Notes: generated by a model not told the origin, from the letters alone. Shown: positions 38,401 to 50,453, counted from the first letter of the stretch. The stretch: 60,000 nt of DNA from Felis catus (GCF_018350175.1 NC_058369.1:4590001-4650000); one strand, 5' to 3'. Translations and numbers: made by a program.

Positions 38401-39569
38401 ACAACAACATCAGCAGAACTCATTCATCACCTTTGAAAATGACAACTGCACCCACTCCTTATTTACCGTGCCTTTGTGGCAGGAAACCAGCCCCGGTTGA
38501 TGAGGAAAAGCACTTTTCGCAGGAAAACACCAGCTGCTGATGTTGAAAGGATGATAGCAAAATCACTATTTTGAAGCCACTAATGAAACAGCCATTGCGG
38601 ACAAGTCACATGCTAACACCATTCATTGAGAGGTTACGGGGCGGGGGGCCGGGGGGGTGGGGGGACTGGATAGTCTCGAGTTCACCCAAGATCTTCCCTC
38701 AGATTTCCTGCTTGGTGCCAAGAGGAAAAAAGTAACTTTACCATGGATGCTTCATGCCGTCACCACCTTCGTATAGTGACCCCTCTTAGCAGCAAAAGGA
38801 GTGGGTCAAGCAGACTGGTGGGCTCCTGCTAGGGGCGACAGCAAGTACCCAGCACCAAAAAGAAAGTTCATGCCCAAAAGGTTTAACTTGAATCTGATCC
38901 CACCTGTAGTCCTAACTTCCAAGTTTATAGGAGAAACGCAGAAATAGCGACAAACGGAAACGATTGACACCATGAGAAGCAGTCACACAAATCTAGAAGG
39001 TGAAATCTCTCAACAGCCTGGCTTCCTAGAGTGAACAGGAGGGAATGAGAGAGACAAGGTGACTGGCCAGAGTTACAGGACATGGCATCACAACCAGCTT
39101 CGATGTGGGCGTCTGTCATTGGACCTTGGGTTTCGATCAAACGAGCTGTCAGCCGGAGAAATATGAATATGGATAATCGTAGGTGATACTTGAAAATGTA
39201 TCGGGTTAGCAGTGATAATGAGATCATGGCTGTTTAGGAAAATGCCCTTATTTTCTAGAGACGCATAGGGGTGAAATGCCAGCATGCTCACTGAGTTTGA
39301 AATACATTAATAAAAAAAATAGATAAAGCAAAAATGGCAAACATTAAGCGTTGTTAAATCTAGATGATGGGTGTTTGGGAGTTCATCAAACTGTCCTTTA
39401 TACTCATCTATATGTGTGAAATTTCTATAATAGAAAGCAAATTAAAAAAAAATGCATCCTGTGCCTGAAATAGAACCACGGTATTCCTTCCTTTAAGAGG
39501 TAAACAGAGGGCTGCCCCATTTTCTCATTGGGGGTGGCCATGTCATATCCAACACCTGCTAGGTGCAAA

Positions 39570-39990
39570 CTCATATTATCTCATTTCATCCATAATGCTG
39601 AGAAGTAGGTGTCACTGCCCCCATTTTAGAGATGAGGAAACTGAGGCTCAGAAGGGGGTGGGTGAGTTGCCCAAAGTTGCATGGTGAGTATATGGCAGAG
39701 CCGGGGACCTTCTCAATGAGACCCACCCTGACCACCCCATCTAATTCTTCACCCCCCCACCATAGCTCCCCAACCCACCTGACCCTGCTTTAATTTTTCC
39801 TTTATCCACAGCACTTACCACCTCCTAATATATGCATATTCACTTATGACGTCTGTCGTCTGTCTCCCCTAGATAGAATGAAAGCTCCAGAGAGCAGGGA
39901 TCTTTGTCTTATTCACTGACATATCCCGGGCACAGTGCCGGCCACAAAGAGGGCGTTCAAAAAATATTTGTCGCACGACCTGAAATAATA
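39570..39990. mobile_element. MIR and L2 fragments
   Basis: cccattttagagatgaggaaactgaggctcaga (MIR) and tagaatgaaagctccagagagcaggga (L2 3' end). Confidence 0.75.
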
Positions 39991-40786
39991 CTGAATCATA
40001 CAATGAGAAGGTTAGTTCCTCTTCATTTGTCTTCAGTCTTTCCAATCCCTTCAAGAAAGCCTTGGCTTGATGCTCAGGTGTCTTTAAGCTCCTCTCTATC
40101 ACTCACTCACCTACCTTAATGACAAGAGGACAGTCCTAGAGTTCAGACCCCAGGACAGACGATCCTATCTGGTGTCTGGACATTGAAGTCTGCTGAGGGT
40201 CTTTTAAAAATGCCAGTGCCAGCAGCCTTAAAAAAATCCCACCTTCAGAGACTCTGGTATCATGAGTCTGGACTTAAGACACCCCCCCCCCCCAAACACA
40301 CACTTTTTTTTTTTTTTTTTAAGTTCAACTGCGGATTCTAATGTGCAGACTGGGTTAAGAATCACTGAGCTGTAGTTAATCACACTTTTTTGTTGTTACT
40401 GTATCGAGTTTTCTGGTTGTTTTTATCTAGGGCAAATGACTTCTTAAAGTGGTAACAATGTTTCCTATTTGAACACAGCGGGAGAAAAGGGAGTAGATTT
40501 AAAGAAAGACATAAAGCAAATAGTAACTTGAGCTTTTGGCAAAATGCATGATTGATACATGTTATCTCGGTGTTGCAAACAGTGAAATTGAGCCACAGAG
40601 AGGCTTCAAGTGGCCCGAGTCCCACAGCTAGAAAGTAACATTTTGAACCTAGGGAATCCAGTTTGCCCTCTGCTGCTGAACGTTAGGTGCCTATTGCCGC
40701 CTAGTGGTCTCGTTTATTTGCTCCCAAGGGGAGGGCCTGGCCTTTATTTACTGGCCTACCGTTCACCTAATAGACAGCTCAGCCCT

Positions 40787-40930
40787 TCACAATTTGGGGG
40801 GAATCCTCTTTCTGATCTCCAGCATGTTCCCTGTACCCACCAGTTTCTTGCCAGCCACAAATGCACACACAGCCAGCATACTGAACATGACCAAGCTGGA
40901 GCACAGCCCAGTGGCCAGTTGGAGTCCCAT
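40787..40930 (-). CDS. Candidate 47-aa small ORF with a signal-peptide or TM-like N-terminus (hypothetical)
   Basis: aagATGG Kozak context; MGLQLATGLCSSLVMFSMLAVCAFVAGKKLVGTGNMLEIRKRIPPKL*; two AATAAA downstream on the same strand. No homologue recognised. Confidence 0.25.
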   Translation of the reverse strand: MGLQLATGLCSSLVMFSMLAVCAFVAGKKLVGTGNMLEIRKRIPPKL

Positions 40931-41419
40931 CTTAGATGAACTTCAACTCGGAGCGGGTCTTCTATATCACATTGAAGCCTGTGTCCCTTATCCCAGAGGC
41001 GATGGGGAGCCGTGAATGGTATGAGAGCAGACCCAGAATAGGTGCAACAAAGTATTTCCCCGGGAAGGGGCAGCACCGCGGACGTCTGCTACTTTCACTG
41101 TGAAACAATCCCTGAGCCAGAGCCAATATGAGCCTGTAAGTCCCTTTGGTGTGAATTTTTAAATGGCAGCCCTTCCGGGAGAATGCCAACCCATGACAGG
41201 GCATACGACTTGAGGGGGAACCTCAACCCCCAACCCCTACTCGCCCCCGCCTGCCCCTCTCAGACACCAGTTAGAGGGGGGCTCCCTCCTGGCAAGAGGA
41301 AGCACAGGTCCCAACGCAGCCAATCAAAGGGCTGTGCCTCTCTGGCTCCCGGGACTGGTTTAGTGGGGTCGGGTATGACCGAAGACCGGCTGAGAGCGGC
41401 TCTGGGAGCCGCTCACAAA

Positions 41420-42130
41420 TTATAGTTGTGGAGAAACTCACATAACATGAAACCAACCGTTAATGATGTGAAAGAATATATACAATTCAGTGGCATTGCG
41501 ACCACCATCCGTAGCTAGCTCCAAAACATACTCTTTACCCCAAAAGGAAACTCATCCCCATTAGCTGTCACTCCCCGTTCCCTCCTCTCAGCTCCTGTCA
41601 CCCACGCATCCACTTCCTGTGTCTGTGGCTTTGCCTGTTCTGGACATTTCATATCAGTGAAATCACAAACCGCGTGGCCTTTTGTGTCTGGCTTCTGTCT
41701 CAGAGCATCGTGTGTTCAGTGCTTCACCCCTTTTTATAGCAGAATAATATTCCGTCGTATGGTCACACCACATTTGGTTTATCCATTCATCCCCCGATAG
41801 ACACGAGAGCGAGGGAGACACAGAATCCGAAGCAGCTCCAGGCTCCGAGCTGTCAGCAGAGAGCCTGACGCCGGCCTCGAACTCATGACTCATCGTGACC
41901 TGAGCCATGAACCGTGAGATCGTGACCTGAGCCGAAGTCGAACGCTTCACCGACTGAGCCACCCAAGTGCCCCATCAATTTACATTTCTATCAGCAATGT
42001 GCAAATGTCCCATTTTCTCCACGTTCATTTTTGGTTTTTTTTTTTTAATTTATTTATGACCAACTTCATAGATACGAAATGGTATCTCATGGCTTTGAAT
42101 TACATTTCTCTAATGACATTGAGCATGTCC
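41420..42130 (-). mobile_element. L1 3' remnant (reverse) containing a tailless CAN-SINE at ~41800-41973
   Basis: ttgcctgttctggacatttcatat and tttatccattcatc; SINE head ends ...cccaagtgcccc. Confidence 0.8.
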
Positions 42131-43726
42131 CCTCGGAGCTTCAGTATGTACTTTTCAATTTGGAAGGATGTGAAGCCTAGCACTGCTGAAAGCCGCCTCC
42201 CCACCACCCACCCCCATGAGGTAGACCAGAGGGGTGGAGGGAGACCGACCCTGGTGATGTCACTCGGAAGCCTGGACCCGGCCGTATCTGCAGGTTGATA
42301 CAAAGAGTCCTCCCTGATGGTGCCCGGGACTTGCCAAGATCACACAGCTAGTTCAAGTTAGACGAGCCCAGTATCCAGGCCTCCCACCTGCCCGCTGCCT
42401 CTATGCCCCAAGAGGAGGCTGTGAGGAGGGGTCGGTTGGGGACACACTGTTGCCATGCACTTAGGGACAGAGGCTTGGGTGGGAGGGACGGGAACAGATT
42501 TACCTCCACTCAAAGTTTTGAACTAAGGTTCCTCACGTCCCTCTAGAGACTCTCTTGCGAGCACAGCTCCTCTCCCCCACCGAAAGCGCCGAGGCGACAT
42601 TTTGCAGACAATTTTGCAAGTTGGCAGAAACACCCTCCCCTCTCTGCCCCTCTCTTCCTACCACCATCCATCCTGGGACCAGAGGTGAAGAACCTCAGGC
42701 TTCTAGAACGAGAAATCCCACAGGGCTCTGGAGGCCGTGGGCCTGAGATCCCGGTTCGATCTTCCAGCTGACTAACCGCGGGGCGAGGGACTTTGGGGGA
42801 AGGACAGACCGGGTTCACATCCGGGCTGTGTGGTCCTGGGCAAGTTGCTTGCCCTCTCTGAGACACATCTATAAAACGAGAATATTTGTGTCTATCTGAA
42901 GGGCTGTGGGAGGGGGGTTAGGTTCGATGATGTGTGTCCTTGGCATATAGCCCACGGTACTCAATAAACGTGAGTAGAGTAGAGGCTTTCAATTAGAGCG
43001 GAGGCTAGCCCAGCTCTCCAGCAGGCCAGAGGCCCGATGGGCTAGCCTCTACTCCTCTGGGAGTGAGCGATGGCCTGGATGCCAATCTTCCTTTGCAAAG
43101 AATGTCAAGCGGCCCATGGGTACCAAACCCAGCCCGGGCCCTCCGGTTACGAATTTCTTGCCATTTCCTAACCTCCAGTTCATCCACACCCTGGCAGTTA
43201 CACACCTGCCGTTCTCTCTCCCCAGCACGGCCTTGCCAAGTTCTCCAGGATGGCTGGTCTCCTCTGGTCATGGAAGTTCATCCGGAAAGCGCACCCCCCC
43301 CCCACTCCCACCCCGAGCACCCACTTGAAAGGGCTGCTTCCCCACCTCACGATTCTCTGAAACATCACCTGCTTTATCCCCGTGGCAGCACTTATTAGTG
43401 TCTGGAAATGCCTTCTGTGTCTTTGTATTTGTCCAACAGGTGTCTCCGCGTGACAGCAGGGACATCGTATGTCTTTGCCGTCTCGTGTCAGCAATGGGTA
43501 GTGTCAGCCATAAAGCATCTGTCCAACTCCACGCGCATTTGTCGATGAGGTGAATGAACGAACGGGAAACCAGATGCAAAGCACGTTTTCATATTACAGA
43601 CAAGATGCTTCCGTTTCAAAGGTAGGAAAAATCACTTCCCCCAGATGAGACAACTAGGAAATCACGGAGCAGGATTCAAGCTTAGCTCTGCCCGGCTCCG
43701 GGCCTGGTGCTCTTTATATTTCCTTT

Positions 43727-43865
43727 AAATGTTTATTTATTTTTGAGAGACAGAGCACGAGCGGGGGAGGGGCAGAGAGAGAGGGAGACGCAGAATCGGA
43801 AACAGGCTCCGAGCTGTCAGCACGGAGCCCGACGCGGGGCTCGAACTCACAAACCGCGAGCTCAT
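43727..43865 (-). mobile_element. 5'-truncated CAN-SINE downstream of the ACER1 stop codon
   Basis: 3' half of a SINE with an AATAAATAAA tail, in the same orientation as ACER1. Confidence 0.9.
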
Positions 43866-44264
43866 TGCATGGCCGAGGACAGGTCCAGCAGTGACCACCG
43901 CTATTTATGAGATGCCCGGGGACCGAGCCCCCGCCTGAGGCCATTCGCAGTGGATGCCGGGTGATCGCAGCCCGTGGGGACCCAGCCTCACAAAGTGCAC
44001 ACGAAAGAGGAACTGAAAGAGAATAAGGGCGGGTCGTGGAGCGGACCCATGCCGGGCAGCTCCCCCAGGTCATCAGACTACTGCACGGAAGGGTCGCGAG
44101 GTCCCCTGTCTTGGGGCGGGGCCGCGCAGGACGAGGAGGAAGGGGAGAGGGAGCTGGAGGAAAGAACCGTGAGTGTCTCTCAGACTCCCGATCCAGTCCT
44201 CCTTCTTCAAGACACAGGGGACTTGACTTGGCGGGTGGTTGGCTGGTCAAGAAGCTGGCAGACA

Positions 44265-44430
44265 TCAGCAGTTCTTGTCATCCCGGACTTCCACGTAGGG
44301 GAGCCCCACGGGCCACGTGTCCCGAGGCCAGTAGCGGACTTTGAGGGTGTGACCTGGCATCTCATACCTGGCGTCCACCAAGGCCATGGTGACCATGCCA
44401 TAAGGAAAGGTGATGCTGATGAGCACATGC
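44265..44430 (-). CDS. ACER1: ACER1 final coding exon 6
   Basis: ccccag|GCATGTG...TGCTGA. Translates HVLISITFPYGMVTMALVDARYEMPGHTLKVRYWPRDTWPVGLPYVEVRDDKNC* and completes the Zn-binding HSIWH motif across the exon 5/6 junction. Confidence 0.96.
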
Positions 44431-44601
44431 CTGGGGGGTGCAGGGAGGAGGTGGTGAGGGCACAGGATGTCCCCGAGCTAGCCCGATGCCCCCTCCTTGC
44501 TTCTCTCCTTACTTCTCATGGGTCCTGACCTCTCACGGGTCCTGACCTTCCAAAGGGACCTTCTGGACTTGACCCTTGACTGAAACCAGCACCCCCCCCC
44601 A

Positions 44602-44602
<1 letters not shown>

Positions 44603-44640
<38 letters not shown>
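44603..44640. repeat. (CA)n microsatellite in ACER1 intron 5
   Basis: About 19 CA units. Confidence 0.97.
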
Positions 44641-44642
<2 letters not shown>

Positions 44643-44752
44643 CACTCCCAGTATCCGTGCCTCCCCTCCCTGCCCCCAGGCTCCTGCTCCAAGCTCTGGC
44701 ATCTTGAGATTTTCTGGTTCTGGGGCTCCGTACCGCCAGGGCAGGTCCTTAC

Positions 44753-44890
44753 CAGATGCTGTGCAGGTAAAAGAAGTTGATCCATTGCCAGAAACTGCAA
44801 AGCAAGCGGTCACTGATCCAGCTGGTCAGCGCGAAAGCCCACAACACTACAGACACCTCCATTATGTGCCGTAGCTCCTTGTTGTTGGTC
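44753..44890 (-). CDS. ACER1: ACER1 exon 5 (138 bp)
   Basis: ccctag|GACCAAC...AGCATCTG|gtaagg. Translates TNNKELRHIMEVSVVLWAFALTSWISDRLLCSFWQWINFFYLHSI(W). Confidence 0.97.
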
Positions 44891-45097
44891 CTAGGGAGAG
44901 AAGGAGGAAGATCAGAGCCTGGCTCAGATAGCAGAGCCTGCAGGGGCTGATGGGAAATTCCTCCATCCAAGGAGATGAGGCCGGGAGCAGGGAATGACCA
45001 AGAGTACAAGGGGGAGGGGGCCCAATTTGTCCTTGTTGTTAACGTTTGCTGAGCACTTATAGGATGCCAGGTACAGTTCTGAAAGTCCTTCGGGTCA

Positions 45098-45326
45098 GGG
45101 GCGCCTGGGGGCCTCAGCTGGTTAAGCTTCCGACTCTTGATTTCATCCCGGGTCATGCTGTCACGGTTCGTGAGTTCAAGCCCCACATCGGGCCCTGTGC
45201 TGACAGTGCAGATCCTGCCTGGGATTCTCTCTCTCTCCCTCTCTCTGCCCCTCCCGAGCTCTCCTGCGTGCACGCTCTTTCTCTACCTCTCACACACAAC
45301 ATAAATAGACTTAAAAAACAATAATA
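45098..45326 (+). mobile_element. CAN-SINE within a MIR
   Basis: TSD aaagtccttc(g/a)g(g/a)tca. Confidence 0.9.
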
Positions 45327-46447
45327 AAAGTCCTTCAGATCAAAACTCGGCCCTGACAGCAACGCCATGATTCTCGTTTTGTAGACGAGAGAGCAGGTGT
45401 GCGAGATTAAGGTATCGCTCTAACCGCACCCAAGGTTACACAGCCAGCAAGTGGAGCTGGGGGCTGAGCCAGCCTTGTCGGACTGCGGATTTCTTAATCA
45501 ACTAGCCCTTCCCTGTTTGTGAGTTTGGGGCTCTGAGTGTGTGCACAACTGTGAGTCAGTGCAGGAGAATTCCTGTCCGTGTGGCTATGAGAACGTGCAT
45601 GTCCATATGTGGGAGGGTAAATTCCCTGGAGGCCACGTCTCTTGGGACGACTCACGCTCAGAATCTGTTTCCCCAGCAGCAAAGCTGACTCCGTGTCCTT
45701 CAGGAAAGAGCATATGAGGGAATATGGTGAGGCCACGACTCCTTTATGGTTTACAGTGCGGGCCCTGCCCCCTAGTCTAAAACGGGACAGTTTGAACGTC
45801 ACACGAGAAAAAGAACAGCGAGGAAGCACTGGCGAAATCTGAACAGAGTCTGAGGTCTAGTTAATGCCATCGTCAATTTCCTCCTTTTGAGGCTGTACTA
45901 TGGTTACACGAGACACTCCATTGGAGAGGCTGGGGGAAGCTGGGGGAAGGAGACACAAAACTCTGTGCTATTTTTGAAACTTGCCAGGAGTCTGCAATCA
46001 CTTCAAAATAAAAAGTTAAAAATACAGCACGGTGATTGCAATGGATCGAAACACCTCTAGGACGTAAACATCCGTGCGTTCATAATAATACTTTTTAAAA
46101 ACTTTCCGGGGTCCCTACTCAGGTAAGGCCCCAACTCATTAACGCTAGAAATGGATCAATTAAAGGAAACACTCAATGATCAGTCCTGTCATTCCTGTGC
46201 AAAGCGTATTTCAAGGTTGATGAGTGAAAGTCCTTCTCAATGGAGGAACTCAAGATAATCACTGCAGGAGGAATTATGGGCCTGATCAATCTTAACAGCC
46301 TAGATGTGGAATAACCACTCATTATGGGGGCCTAATGGGACGGAAGAAGAAGCACCCAGAACCACACATGACACATTCTGGCCTAAAAACATGTAAACCT
46401 AAATCCGGATCTAAATGTTAATTTTCAGGAAATACCAAATATGTGTC

Positions 46448-46560
46448 TATCTCTATCTCTATCATCTATATCTATATATCTATATATCTATATATCTATA
46501 TCTATATCTATATCTATATCTATATCTATATCTATATCTATATCTATATCTATATCTATA
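46448..46560. repeat. (CTATAT)n / (CTATATAT)n microsatellite
   Basis: Directly visible tandem hexamers and octamers. Confidence 0.97.
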
Positions 46561-46813
46561 AACACAACGAAAGACACCACACAGGAAGCAGACAGCTACA
46601 TCTAGAATATTCTACAGGACGAAATGATGAAGCTTTTCTGTTATCAAATCAGAGGCAGGAAGACAGGGGAGGGAGGCAGAGACTGCTATGATATAAAGAA
46701 AACCTAAGAGACTGTGTCTGCATCCCGCTTTCAACATGACTAGTTGTAAGAAGACATCTTGAGAAACTGAGGCAACATCACTTCAATCTGGGTATTGTCA
46801 ACTTGGTTAGCAC

Positions 46814-47395
46814 TGTGTGCGCCGTATCTAACATTTGTCCCTTGAGATCCTTCCCTGACGCTCTCCGGTCTGCCCTATGCCCCAGGGAGGGGGGATGCTG
46901 AGTTGTGTGGACTGAATGCTTCCAGTTAGATTAGCTAATGGCTTCTAGTTGGATAGCCAATGGTTCCCAGTTGAGTTGGCCAATGGTTTCCAGTTGGAGT
47001 AGCCAATGGTTTCCAGCTGGGTTGGCCAATGGAGCACCCCAGCAAGAAACCAAAGGATACGGGGAGAGTATGTTAGAATATTTGTTTCTCTGGCCTCCTC
47101 CATGTGGGGTTGACTCAGGCTAGCTGCAACCAGCAACTGGAGGTGACATTTCTTGCTAAGGAGGCCCTCTCCACAGGGCTCTCTCTTTCCAGACTCTTGT
47201 AATCACTCCCTCCCATTACCCCCACCCAGGTATCCTGATGGTCACAGGAGCCCACGCTTATTAGCACAGGTGTTCTAAATTCCCTGGTGATTTTCCTACA
47301 CCTGCCATCTCCTTTGTAAATAAGCCTTTTATTCAGCTCTCCTCAAACGGCCCCATTTGAGAGTCCCCCCCCCCCACCTCTATCCTGTCAAGGTC
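46814..47395 (+). mobile_element. LTR33-like ERVL solo LTR with an internal 23-bp tandem amplification
   Basis: Colinear with the recalled LTR33 consensus (tgccccagggagg, gccaatggagcac, ggccctctccaca, cctttgtaaata, ctctcctcaaa). Confidence 0.75.
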
Positions 47396-47798
47396 TAGTA
47401 TGGGTTAAAAAAAACCCTCTTAATTAGGAGGGTTAAATCCTGAAAAGTTCATAGGTGCCAGTGTATGGAATCTGGGGGAATGCATAACGCAAACGCTGAC
47501 AGTTGTCGAGGCTGGTTAGTGGGCACACGGAGGTTTATGGTGCAATAGTCTCTGCTTGTACGTATGTTTGGGGTTTTCATGATGCAAAGGACAAGTTCTG
47601 CTATCAGACAGCCTTAGGTTCCAATCTCAACCGTACTCCTTGTTAGTAGATGATCTTGGGGAAAGCATATCCTCTCCTTGAGCCTGGAGTCAATGAGCAC
47701 TCTGGGGCTGGGACTCAATGAATAAGTAGAGGTGGGGGGGGGGCCTGGAGGGTGATGGGAGCCACCTCCCCGGGCAGGCACCTGCGGCCACTACCCAC

Positions 47799-47936
47799 TT
47801 CTTATATTCCTGGAACACGATGTAGAGGATGTGCACAGCGATGCTGTTGAGAGCGTATGCGTTGATCACAGGTCTCAGGAAGGACAGGAAGGTGCTGACC
47901 ACCGTGGTGATGAGGACCAGACAGGTGAACCGGGGC
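47799..47936 (-). CDS. ACER1: ACER1 exon 4 (138 bp)
   Basis: cctcag|GCCCCGG...TATAAGAA|gtgggt. Translates PRFTCLVLITTVVSTFLSFLRPVINAYALNSIAVHILYIVFQEYK in a consistent phase. Confidence 0.96.
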
Positions 47937-48649
47937 CTGAGGGAAGAAGGACTCAGCTGTGGGAGGGTGACTGGAAGGGTCCGGGGCGGGGGGTGGTTAG
48001 GCAGGGTCAGGAGATCTTGCGGCAGAGGTAGATGAGCAAAGGGAAGGGGTTCTAGGGAGCCCAACTGAACTCAGAAAAAGATCTTGAGGCTCCCAGGTGG
48101 GCTCAGCAGAGGGTCCCAAGAAGGGTCGAGGCAGGGTCTGAAGGCGGTGGATAGGGTGATGAGAGGGTCTCAGGGAAGCTCAAAGGGCTTAGTCAGCTCA
48201 GCAGAGGGTGCCAGGGCCCAGGCCAGACAAGGGGTTAAGGGAAGTCAGGTAGGATTAAGGAAGGAATTACATTGGTCCCAGACACTATCAGAAGAGGGGT
48301 CCAGGGAGCCTCAGGTGGGTCAAATAGCATCAGGAGAGAGATTCAGAGGGGTCTCGGGTCAAGAGAGGGGTCCAGGAGGGTCCAAGGAAAGTTCCAGGGA
48401 GCCCAGGTGATAGGCTCATGGAAGAGGTCCCTGGGGCCCAGGTAAGCTTAAGTATATGGGTTTGGTGGGTTTAGACACATTCTGGAGAAGGTACCAAACT
48501 ATCCAGGTAGGATCAGGGGAGGATTTTCAGAGGAGGAGTTAAGTCAGATAAGGTCGGGAGAAAGCCCTGATCCGGCTGGTCGGGGGAGGGATTCCAAGGA
48601 ACTCAGATGGGCTCTGATGGGACCCACAGAGGACCGGCCCCAGCCCCAC

Positions 48650-48791
48650 CTGTTCTCTCCTAGGAAAGTGGGGAAGTAACAGCGAGGCATCCATATGCTG
48701 TAACTACTGGCCAGCAGCCACAGGATAGCAATCTCATCCAGCAGCTGGCCCAGGAGGCTAAGCGTCATGTGGAAATACATGGAGAATAGGC
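48650..48791 (-). CDS. ACER1: ACER1 exon 3 (142 bp)
   Basis: AG/GT bounded, after an 82-bp intron. Translates [47 protein letters not shown], with the CREST-family SxxxH and DE motifs. Confidence 0.97.
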
Positions 48792-48873
48792 CTGGAGCAA
48801 GAGACAAAGGTAGGTGGTCAAGAGGGCTGTCCCCCCAACCCCCGCCACCCCAGTGTCACAGACCCCCACCTAC

Positions 48874-48988
48874 CTATGACCATAAAGAGGATCCAAGTGA
48901 TATAAATGCAGCGGGAGCGTTTCTGGGCATAGGGGTACATCAGAAACATCATGAGAGGCCCAAAGATGAAGAAGGTGACATTGCTGAA
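48874..48988 (-). CDS. ACER1: ACER1 exon 2 (115 bp)
   Basis: ttttccag|TTCAGCAAT...GTCATAG|gtaggt. Translates FSNVTFFIFGPLMMFLMYPYAQKRSRCIYITWILFMVI. Confidence 0.95.
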
Positions 48989-49453
48989 CTGGAAAAGAGG
49001 AGGACATGGGGAGGGGGTCGTCAGAAGCGGAGGCAGAGGAGGAAACCCTCAGTCCTTAGCCATTGGTCATCTGCCCTCTTTCAGACAGTTAAGGAACCCA
49101 GAGTCTGGCAATCGGGAAGTTGATATTGGCAGTCAACCAGTCATCAGTAGATTCGTCACTCCGTTTTTCTATGAGTTCATTCACTCATTCATTCAACGAA
49201 TGTGGCAAAGTCTATCTACTGACTTCCTGCAGCATGCATTCTCCCCCTTTTCCTTCTAGAAATAAGATCCCCAACTTTAAGACACAAGCGACGCAACTAA
49301 AGACTACATTTCCCAGCCTTCCTTGCAACTCGCTGAGCCCTTGTGACTTGGTCTGACCAATGGGATACGAATGCAAATGAATCTATTACTTTTGTTTTTT
49401 CATCAATGTGAGCTACATTTATCAGGATTTGCTGTATTAGAAAGTGAAACTGA

Positions 49454-49614
49454 GGGGGGCGCCTGGGTGGCTCAGTCAGGTAAGCGTCCGACTTCGGCTC
49501 AGGTCATGATCTCACGGTGTGTGAGTTCGAGCCCCGCGTCAGGCTCTGTGCTGACAGCTCGGAGCCTGGAGCTGCTCTGGATTCTGTGTCTCCCTCTCTC
49601 TCTGCCCCTCCCCC

Positions 49615-49669
<55 letters not shown>

Positions 49670-49682
49670 GTCAAAAAAAAAA
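49454..49682 (+). mobile_element. CAN-SINE
   Basis: TSD attagaaagtgaaac and long (CT)n. Confidence 0.94.
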
Positions 49683-50453
49683 AATTAGAAAGTGAAACAG
49701 AAATTTTCAAAATGCAGGACTACACCAGCACACATTCCCTTGGCCATCTGAGAGATGATGTCATCATCACTCATCACAAAGCCCCTAGAAGATTCTACGG
49801 TACCCTGGTGAGATAATTAGAGTGAAAAAGGCAGATAAAATCTTCATGTTATTATGAAAATAATTTTCATCTCGAGGAACCTCTGAAAGCTCTAGAGACC
49901 CCACAGTGTCCCTGGACGCTGTTTTGAGAACCATTTCCCTATGAATGGCAGAGCCAAAGGGCTTGATAATGTCGAGTTGCTCAATTCAGCTATTCCAGAA
50001 CCATCTACCTCCAGACTTCCATTTCAAAAAATAATCAGATATGATCCTTTCTAGTTAAGCTGTTTTTAGTGGGCTGTTTCATTTGAAACCAAAGAATACC
50101 AGTTACTGGGATTCTGGGTCCAAGTGACGTGGGATTGGATCCATACTCCCCCCACCCACTAACTAGGAGGAGGTAAAATCAATGCTCTAACCTTCCATAT
50201 CTGCATTTCTGACATCTGCATTATTGCTACCTCTTTGTGTCCTTGACCCAGAGGTCCCCAGGTCTCACTAGTCTATGAGTACAATTAAGGTGACAAGAAC
50301 GTTTGCACCAGAATTCCAGGGGTTCAGAGTCCCTGACTGCTGATACAGGACTTCAACGCCCCTCAAAGTTTCCCCCAGATATGTCTGGGCCACAGAGAGT
50401 ATCTCACACGAGCTCAGAAAAAAGGTGTTCTCACATATATTTAAAAGGGGGGG

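Noticed and set aside
46443..46691. IYIYIY ORF
   Set aside because: Artefact of the hexanucleotide microsatellite.
46917..47032. 23-bp repeats as a CRISPR-like array
   Set aside because: Units are contiguous with no unique spacers, lie in a mammalian LTR, and no cas genes are present.
48050..48560. Purine-rich stretch with recurrent AGGGTC in ACER1 intron 3
   Set aside because: No consistent period could be established by eye; treated as low-complexity sequence.
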